DNA of 64,000 nucleotides from Camelus ferus (taxonomy: Eukaryota): contig NC_045698.1 of the NCBI RefSeq assembly GCF_009834535.1, positions 10,046,001 to 10,110,000 of the forward strand, read 5' to 3'. The translations under genes and the position numbers were made by a program. The notes under the pieces were generated by a model, which was given only the letters and a program-made list of their open reading frames with translations, was not told the origin of the DNA and did not search any database. Shown one piece after another: positions 24,515-34,110 of the stretch; the stretch's first letter is position 1; each line of letters begins with the position of its first letter.

Positions 24515-26152
24515 CAGCAGTTCTCAGACTTTCTAATCTCAGAGTCCCTTCACACTTGTCAAAGGTATCAAGGACCTCGAAGGATTTTTATGTCTGCGGG
24601 TTATATCTATCAACATTCACCATATTAGAAATGAAAACTGAGAAAACATTACCTTATGGATGTATGTTAAATAATAATAATAAAGCCATTATACAGTAAT
24701 ATAATTAATGTAAATAATATAAATAAATAATATATAAATAATTATAACATAATATATTAATCTGTAATTAATATGCATAGTCATATTTGTACAACTAGAA
24801 CAAATAACACGTTTATAAAGGCCAACTCCGTTTTCCAAAACAAACCATTTTCAGTGGAAAGACTGGCACTGTTTTACATTTTTGCAAATCTCTTAAGTGC
24901 CTGACTCAACAGAACACAACTAGAGTCTCACATCTGCATTCAATCTGTTGTGATATGTCATGTTGATAAATCCGAAGACAAGCAGCCTCGTGCAGACGTG
25001 CTGCTGGGAAGCAGAAGAGCGTTTCATGGGCATTTCAGATCACTGTGGATGTTCTTTTTTTGATGCTGCCCCAAATCTCAGCATGCGATCAGTTCTTAAC
25101 AGTTAGCTGCAATGGGGAACACAAAAGTCATGGCGGTGACCTCTTCATAGTCTACTGTATTGAAACCCATTGGGCTATTTGCTCTTTGAATGGATCTTCC
25201 ACCCACACATGATTTTGAACCATCAAGCATTGGTCATTTGGAAAACACTGGCTCACTGAGTTAGGCAGATCTTCCCAGACCTGTCACAGCATATTTATAC
25301 AATATTGAAAAAAACACACGTCTCTTGATACCACCTCCCATTTCATCAGAGAAGTCTTGACGTATTAAGAAAACAATCAACCTAACTGTGAAGGAAGTTT
25401 TCCAAGATTCTAGCTTTCACTTGGAAGCTCAAATTTTATTATTGGCAACAAATAATATCACTTTGTTCATTTTTGAGAAAATATCTGGCGGGTATTTAAG
25501 TCTGCATAATCATAGTTTGATCATCTGCCAGTCATCCCTTCAAGTAAAACCAGTGCTCCATGAAGCGTGAGGCTAGTTCAGCTCATAACTCAAGACAGCC
25601 ACTAAAGCTGGAGCACGTGGAACACTTTATGTATTCCCCATTCCATTACACAGGAGTTTTTAAAAACTATACTCAAGAGAAGAGGTTTAATAAGAAGTGA
25701 TCATTTTTATAGCTTCAAGGACATTTTAAGGTGAAACTTTTATATACATATATATATTTGCAAATGTATGTGGTGAAGATTACAATGACTCCCAGTGCAG
25801 CCTTGATTTGTACCAAAGTCCCACTGGTTTTACCCACCTTTGCTTTGCATTTTGACAGTGACATATCACAATGGTGAAAAAGGCAAATACCATCTTAGCG
25901 CTATTTTTTTAAATAAGTTTTTTGTTGCTGTTGTTCAGGGGAGGTAATGAGGTTTACTCATTTATTTATTTATAGAGGAGGTACCAGGGATTGAACCCTT
26001 TTGTATGCTAAGCATTTGTATGCTATCACTTGAGCTATACCCTCCCCCTCCATCTTAGCTCTATTATGAAAACCTAATTTGACTTCTCATACTTCCTGAA
26101 AAGGGTCCCAGGCAACACTGGGGTTCCATGGACCATGCTTTGAGAACCCCAG
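24515..26152 (-). mobile_element. Charlie1a-like hAT DNA transposon
   Basis: Ends cagcagttctcagacttt...ctcag and ...ggaccatgctttgagaacc. Length is about 1.45 kb after removing the SINE. Has an AT-rich expansion at about 24670-24770. Confidence 0.85.
25906..26049 (-). mobile_element. tRNA-derived SINE (camelid vic-1-like)
   Basis: Reverse strand gggggagggtatagctcaagtg...gggttcaatccctggtacctcc...aaataaataaa...attacctcccc. 16-bp TSD ccatcttagc(g/t)ctatt at 25890-25905 and 26050-26065. Confidence 0.9.
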
Positions 26153-26204
26153 CCCTCCACACTCTGACTTCTGCCTTCCTTTCAGCTTCCTCCTCCCTCA
26201 CTGG

Positions 26205-26500
26205 CTTGCATTGGACTCCCCCAGGAGCAGACCAAGAGACAAGGATTCAAGGGCAAGTAGTTCACTTGACCCCCAAGAAGTACTGGACAGGGAGTGGAAG
26301 TGTTGCATGAAGAAGAGAAGGAAACCAGTCCATGATGTGTTCACGAGCAGGTTCTCCCTGCAGACAACTGGGGCTCAGTCCTGCTGGGAAGGATGGAAGA
26401 TGGAGTCGAGCAGGCCTCAGAGTTATCCCACCTGAGGGATGACGGAGCCGGGGCATTTATGCTCCAACTCTTGTCACCATCAGCTAACGGCTACTTGCAG
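26205..26500 (-). mobile_element. ERVL LTR fragment (LTR16-like)
   Basis: ccccaggagcagaccaagagacaaggattcaagggcaagtagtt is the antisense LTR16 3' end. Confidence 0.6.
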
Positions 26501-28544
26501 GGACCTCCTCTACCCGCTCCCCCTCCACAGCCTACAGATGCTACTTCCCTGCTAGTGTGCTGATCCTACAAATGCATGTGTATATGGACACATGATCCTC
26601 AAATGAGAAAAAGGGAAATGCCAGATGCTCAATCCGTCTTTCAAAGTTTCCCAAGAGCCATCGTGTGCCTGAATTCTGCACCTAACACGGAAAGCACAAA
26701 TGAAACCCAAATGAAGAACAAATGAATGAGTGATGCATAAGAAAGAGCATAGTGATGGCAGAAAAGAGCTTTCCTTTCTGGATTTCACACAGATTGGATT
26801 TTATTCTTCCAAAGCAAGCAGCTAAGACATATTTTGGCACTGCTTACTTGCAGTGCCAAATAGCATAAACCAGGAGAAAAACTTAATAGAAACTTTACAA
26901 ATCACCCAGTAACATATGATTCATTTTTATGTCTATTACAATTTTCAAATAGCCTTGTCAGTGGAATAGAAACCTCCTTAGTAAAATCTATTTCTTTTGT
27001 CTGGCGCTTTAGAAGAACTGAGCTCTGAGATTGACAGTAGGGTTCACAAACCCTTTTTCAGGGCTATTAAATCCACTGCTGGGAAAATACTAATTCCCTG
27101 GAGCCTTTTTTCAAGCTCAGGTCTGCAGGAGATTCAATCCCAAATTTAAATGCCCAGGTGCATGATTTCATATGTGCTTTGAATAATGGTGTCTGCTCTC
27201 AGCAAATCAAACAGAATTAGGAAAAGCAATTGCCTGCAGGGGTTTTCATTTTGTATTAGTGACATGAGATCATTCACAGGCCCCTCCATTTTAACAATTC
27301 AGCATTGTGGAATTAGGAACCTTTCCACAAATCCACCATAGAACTCAAAGTGTTCGTTTTCTTCCTATGATGGGAGGTGAAGGAAATAGGTGTTCTGAAA
27401 TGCAGGCAATGTCAAGGCAGATGTGGGAGGCATTTGCTCAGTGAAAAATGTGTGTATCTTTTTTTCTTACAGAAGAGAGACAATATTTGATTATAATTAT
27501 TTCCACAGATGCTGGAGATGCTGGTCCTGATCAAGGAAGCTAAGTGTATAAAACAAAATACACCAAAGTGTAAGAGGTCAAAGAGAAGCAAACAAATAGA
27601 AACATGGAAATGAAACTATGACGGATGATCAAATATAACCTATGCCTCGCACTCATTGCAGAACTGCCGAAACCTCCAAACCCATATGGTCTTCAAATAT
27701 CTGGGGCCTCAATATCCCAGGAGTGGTATCCTTAGGCAGACTGCAGATTACAAAGCATCCAAAAGAAATACACATGAGAAACCAGAGGGGCTTGGCTGGC
27801 GGCAGAAGGCAGCCCCTGACCAGACTGCATGCCATACCCCGTATTCATGGTCCTTGGGTTTAAGTTTGCACCTGGCTGCCCAGGACCTGCTAAGAGATGG
27901 TCAGGCAAGCCCACATTTGGGAAGCACAGGGCAAGATGTCACGAGGCTCTCTAAAGAGAGACTACAGAATATTAGTGGGTGGGGAGTCCCCCTAAAAGAG
28001 CTTTTACAGCATCCCTGAGACTCACTGCCCTTGCAGAGTTACCCTGCAGAGTAACTCTGGCATCTGCCTAATTGTACTCTTAAGCTTCATGAGCAAGACT
28101 TTACAAGCTCTGACTCCTGCTAAGGTCATCAACAGTATATTTCCACTTCTGCTAAAAGCCTGACATTTGGTACCTTGGTCCTCCTTCCTGCTCATTGTCC
28201 TCCCAGTGGCTTTCCTCATGAGTCCCCTGATCTTAACATCCCTGGACCTGGCTCCCCTCACTTCTGTGTCCTCTGGGAAGCAGCTTGCCCACCAGTGGGG
28301 CAGCAGCTGGATCCTCTGAGAATCCCAGCGTCTCAGGGACTCAAAGAGAGGAAACTCCATTCCAGAAATCGGTAACCTCAGCCTTGAAATATTTCCAAGT
28401 CCCTAAAGGCTAATTTAGCCCCCACCCCAGACCTCAACCATCAACAGAGCTTTCAGCTACTTTTAGTATTAGGACAGGAATCAGAATGGGCTCCAAAGAG
28501 CAGAGTGCCCCAGAAGAGCCTTGGCACGTATGCTGGTACGTGCA

Positions 28545-28790
28545 CAGCACATACGCTTACAGTTACTGGTGCTTGCCACGTGCCACGTTCAGTGATGAGC
28601 TGTCAATACACATCTACTTATTTAAGCCTCACAACAACGTTATGGGGGTAGATGAATGGCTGTAGTGCCCATTTTAAAGGAAATGGAGGCAAAGAGAGGT
28701 GAAGAAATTTGTCTAAATGACACAATCAGAAAGTGGCAGAGCTGGGAGTCGCAGCAGGATGGTCGGTCTGTACAGCCTGACTACCAGCGT
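28545..28790 (-). mobile_element. MIR
   Basis: atttaagcctcacaacaac...cccattttaaaggaaatggaggcaaagagaggtgaag...aagtggcagagctggga. Confidence 0.75.
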
Positions 28791-30756
28791 GACCCAGATT
28801 TGAGGACAACAGGGTGAGACAACAAAGTGTTTATATCTCTGGTTGACACCCAACTATTATTTCTTTTTAAGAAATGCTGCAATTCGTATTTTAATCATTC
28901 ATTTCAGTGTATAGGCATGTATTAAGCTCTGACGCTTTCTTTGTGGATTAAAAACTTCATGAAGTAAATCAAACAGGTGTAAGTAAATATGCTATAATTC
29001 TAGAGCCATCAATGAGATGTTTGATTCAGAAAGATGGTATTTGTGAACCCCTGTGGAAACTTCCCACCCCCAAAGAACAGAGGATGAACAGGGGCATGGA
29101 TCCACCCAGTAGGGCACCCTACTCTTGAATGTGTAATGTGCTTTCTCGTTCAGACAAACTCCAATCACCATTTTAAAGTGAACTAAGTTCATGATGAGTA
29201 ACGAGGATCTAAGTGCAGCCAAAGAGTTGGTCTAAGTGTTGCCGGTTTAAAAAGAAATGTTTGGTGGGGTAAACATGGATGAGTATGTTGCATAATTAGA
29301 TGCTGAGGATAAAGGAGATGTCAAATTCCAGGTCCACAGATATTTATTAAGCATTTTCATCCTGCAGCGGCTGTAAGAGATGGGTAAGATCAGCTAGAGA
29401 CATCTCTGATCTCAAGGTGCTTACATACAAATTTGAGAAGCAGAGAGATAAGGCAAATACAAAAATAACAAGAATATAAAGTAGATTTATCATATCAGGA
29501 CAACTGCAGACAAAAGGAAAAATATGCTCAGGATTCACAAGAAGGGAGAGATTTCATATAGCTTGGGACCGAAAGACGGTGTTTTAGGGACTTTTATGGG
29601 CACAGAAAAGGGTTGTGGGCATGTGTGCACCCTCTCTGCCCCTCTTCCCCCTGCCCCAGCCTGAGGTTACAAGTCCAACCCCACTCTCATTGGAGGCTGT
29701 GGAATGATGCTGGTGGGTCATCCCTCTCCTGGGCCAGGGCTGGAATTCTCTGCTGATGCTTCTGACTCCATCCAAGCACGTCTACTGTCCAGGTCCCTCT
29801 GAAGTCACAAGGAGAGGGTCTGGATTGCTACCAGAGTATTTTGTCCCTTGCGGAAGACCAAGGAAACAGCCTTTGTTGCCAAAGTGTTGGTCTAAGTGTT
29901 ACCTATTTAAAAAGAAATGTTGGGGGGGGGGGACCCACGGATGAATAATTTGGTATTGGGGATAAAATAAAAATCGTTAGAGAAGCCAGCATTTTCAGGA
30001 AGGAAGAGGGCTACAGTGTTTGACATTCAGGGGGATGTAAACAGCATGTTAGTCTAGAAGAGAGGATGAGTAGAAGGAGGAAGAAAAAAATCAATTTATA
30101 AACAACTAACCCACTGCCTACGTGGAACACATGATGAAAAAAGGCTGGTTAGTAGGAAGACATACCTATTGGGTTCCTAACTAATGCTGTCCTATGAGTT
30201 ATTTCTTCCATTGTGTTTGCTCAAGTTTGCATGTTACATTCAGACAGATGGCATCCTTCTACAACAGTCAAGGTAATGTTCCCAGATTCTTCTCTGTATT
30301 TGATTGCTGTGATTTAAAAAAAAAAAAACTACTGACAGGGACTTTGGAATCATTTTAACATACACAGGGTAACAGCAAATACAAGGAGTAAATATCTATT
30401 ATAAATGTAAATGTCTAGCAGTAAATGTCTCTGATATGGTAGTGTATATCTACTTTGTTTAGAGTAAACTCTGCAAGTTACATCTTTTTTGTTAAAATGG
30501 ATAATATTTAAGTACACTTGATGTGGCCAATTAATGAACAATGCAGTGGAGGCATTAATCAATTTAACAAATTATGCTATTTTATAATATCATCAACTTG
30601 GAATTCTTATGTAAAAGTCAGTGAAACAGCCTTGAGTGCACAGTTCCTCAGAGTGCTCACGATAATGCTATTAAGCCTGAGTTACTAGACTTGTGGGCTA
30701 CATTTTCATCTGAATTAATATGATTCAGCCCGAAGGCAAAAGAACATATTAAAATA

Positions 30757-32510
30757 GGGCTCCTTGGAGAAATGGCTAATTCTAGGACTGGAGCAAGAAA
30801 GTACTATATGCTCCTGGAACAACTTGTTAGGCCAAAAAGTAAGGAAAGAAAGGATGGAATTAAAAGGACATAGGAGCCAGCTTGAAGGACCTCCTAACTG
30901 ACCAAATATGGAACAATTTTAGCCCCAAAAATATACTAAAAATTATTCATTATATCCTATAATTCATGGTATAAAGTATAAATTAACAAGCCCATACTGA
31001 TTTAAAAAGTAAATGAGGGAGAAGAGAAAGTGATTCCTCACAGAAGAATGCTAACTAACAAATGTAGAAAAACCGAGAGTTAGAAAATAATCCTTTTATA
31101 ACCATCATGGTAACAGCTAATTCAAGAATTATCAATGGCTGCAAGACATAGGGTGAATGTATGAAGAACAATAGGGAATTTACATAGTTCATAGTACTTC
31201 TCAACAGCCTACTTATAAATCACAAAAGGGAAAACAGTGATTTCCAGTGAAAAAACCTGACACATGCGACATTAATCAAGGATTGAAGTTAACATCACCA
31301 CTAACAGGACAAACAGGCATCAAGTGTCTCCGGATGTGATGCACTGGGAAGAACACAATATCACTCATGCAGGATTTGCCCAGAATATATAACCTAATGT
31401 AGTCGTTACCAAGGCTGTTGTCCCAGAATCATACCACCACCCCTCCCTCAAATAGAAACCTATTGCTTTTATCTACATTTCAGGAGGGAACTGCGAAGAG
31501 ACAAAAAACAAGGACTGGTTAGAACCAACTAGGCTCAAGATGGCAGAAGATTTGACTTCCAGGAAATCTTGAGCCTCGTTATACACTCATTGTACTATAT
31601 TAGCATGCTAAAGACATACCCACCAGCACCCTGACAGTTGACGGTTGCCATGACAACAACCATAAACATCCATGCAAGAACTGAAAGGGAGTGTTGCATC
31701 ATTTCCAGGTCCAAGCCACACCCCTATTCTCGGATAAGTCATGAATGTCTTTCCTACTCTTTCCAGTTCCCTCCCTTTTTACCTGACTGTCCTATAAATT
31801 TGGTCTCCGCTCAAATTGAATTGGGAAGTTGATTTTCAAACTAGGTTCCTGCTTCTCCATTCTTTGGCCCTTGAGTAAAGTCTGTGCTGTTCCAGCCTCA
31901 GCATCGGTTTCATGATTGGCTGCAAAAATCCAATCAGAAAATGAACCTCTCTGGTGGAGACAAAGGGTCTCGGCCCGGGCTAGGACCTCAGCTCAGGCCC
32001 AGTCGACCAGTTCAGTCACATAATCAACAGGAAAGGACAGCCTACAAAATAACTGACCAATAATCTTTTAAAAGCAATGACATGACAGATAAAGAAAGGT
32101 TGAAGAACTGTTTCAGGTTAAAGGTGAAAACAAAACCATGGCAACTAAATACAATGTGTGGTTTTGAAGTAAGCTCCAGATTAGGGCTGGGGAGATGAGA
32201 GAGAGGGGCAGGGACTGCCATGATATTATTGAAACAATTAGCGAGATCTGTATATGAGCTGGGTAACAGATAATACTATTGAATCAATGTTAAATTTTCT
32301 GAATTTGATATCTGTGGTTAAATAACAAATTCCTCTTGGTCTTGGGAAATATACACTGAAACATTTAGGGATAAAAGAGCATGCTATCTAAAACTAACTC
32401 TGAATGGTTCAGGAAAAGCAAATGTGGCAAAATGTTAATGACTGGTGAATCTGGGTGAAGTGCATACCTTTGTACTATTTTCACAACTCTTCTATACACT
32501 TGAAAGTATT
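30757..32510 (+). mobile_element. L1MC-like 3' UTR, interrupted by an LTR
   Basis: ggctccttggagaaatggctaattctaggactgg...gaagttaacatcaccact...atgtgatgcactgggaagaacacaatatcac...atcaatgttaaattttctgaatttgata...aatgtggcaaaatgttaa. Confidence 0.85.
31404..32020 (+). mobile_element. ERV1 solo LTR, MER41-like
   Basis: caagatggcagaag...ttatacactcattgtactatattagcatgctaaagacatacccaccagcaccctgacagtt...gccatgacaac closely follows the MER41 U3. TATA (cctataaa) at about 31791 and agtaaa at about 31874. Ends CA, with a probable 4-bp TSD tagt/taat. Confidence 0.75.
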
Positions 32511-32809
32511 AAATGATGCATTAACATCCCCTCCTGTCATTTTGTTCCAGGAGTCCATAATAGTCCTACTGATGGAACAGCTACCAACTCAGGAAGTCCT
32601 ACTGACTATCATCTCTGCCTTATGGACAGCACATTACAATGTCTCATTCCATTTTCACCACAATACAGTGAGGTCATTACTATTGTCCCAATCTTACCAA
32701 TGAGAAAAACAGAGATTTAGAAAGGTTAAATAATAGGTTAGATCAGGTAACTACTCAATCAATAGTCACACACACACAACCTCCATGAGCAAAGTATACT
32801 ATCCCCGTC

Positions 32810-33157
32810 CTATATTTGTTGGGCTTGGGCCATGGGATTTAATCTGGAAAAAAGGGATGTTAGTGGACAAGATATGAGTAGAAGCTTAAAATGTGATTGC
32901 ATGGTTGGGCTTACACTTTTGCGCTTCTGCCATCACTATAAGAAAAGCATGTCTTGGGTAGGTGTTGCTGGTCCAAGGAGGATGAGAAACATGTGAAGTG
33001 GTCCTGGACTTAAGGCACAACATGAAGACAAGCCCAGGTGAGCCCAGACTAGATCAGCCAACACCAAGCAAACCCAAGGATGCACGCTTTGAGACGTTAC
33101 TGAGCTTTAGTGTCGTTTGTTCTATAACATTATGGTGTCAGTTGGTAACTGAAACAG
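32810..33157 (+). mobile_element. MLT1 (H/I/J-like) LTR
   Basis: gcgcttctgccatcactataagaaaagcatg...ggtccaaggaggatgagaaacatgtg...gagcccagactagatcagcc...ggtaactgaaaca. Confidence 0.75.
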
Positions 33158-33859
33158 CTCACGTGGCTGAAATTACACAGATAGTAAGAATTGGAACCAG
33201 GATGCTCAACCAACCAAGTTGTTGTGGTGACTTACATCACGCCTGTATCAAAGAGCATTTCCAAGAGACTTGCTATTCATAATGATAATTCATGACCCTT
33301 AAAACTCCTAAGACATTTTCTGAATCATAAATTAAAAATGATTATAGCAAAAATTGCAAATGTGTTTTATCTTCATGTTTTAGTAGTTGGTAATTAAAGT
33401 ATATTTAATTAATCTTTCTGTTTACCAGCCTGGTTAAATGGTAATTTAATTTTTCAACTTCAATAACCACCCAAAATATTCAATATACATAGATTTCAAG
33501 TGGTGTGAACTAGAGACATTGCTTGAATAATCACCAGCCTCTAATGTCAGATGGAAAAATCAATTCTGTAAAAACTGGAGTGAATTTTCTAGCAAAGGTT
33601 TTTACTCGTCTGTGTCCTAAGACACAACAGAATAGATTTCCTTGGATATTTTGGCTCTCTGGTTTTATTCCTACTCAGAACCCAAGATGAAAAATCACAC
33701 CGGTTCTTAAATTTTAGATCCAAAGAGAATTTCCCATTTAAATCTAAAGAGAAGTTGTGTTTGTTAGTTTTTCCCAATTACTAAAAATATCCCTACACTT
33801 TTGCTAAAATATTAAAAACATCTTCTTTTTACAAAGGAATTTTTTTCAGCCAAAAAAGG

Positions 33860-34110
33860 TTTCTTTCTTTCTTTTTCTTTCTTTCTTTCTTTTTCTTCTT
33901 CTTTCTTTTTCTTCCTTCTTCTTTGCTTTCTTTCTTTCTTTCTTTCTTTCTTCCTTTCTTCCTTTCTTCTTTCTTTCTTCCTTCTTCCTTTCCTTCCTTT
34001 CTTCCTTCTTTCTTCTTCCTTTCTTCCTTTCTTCCTTTCTTCCTTCCTTTCTTCCTTTCTTTCTTTCTTTCTTTCTTTCTGTCTTTCTTTCTTTCTTTCT
34101 TTCTTTTTTT
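33860..34110. repeat. Complex (TTTC/TTCC/CTT)n pyrimidine microsatellite, about 250 bp
   Basis: Almost purely C/T, with only two G interruptions seen. Confidence 0.95.
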
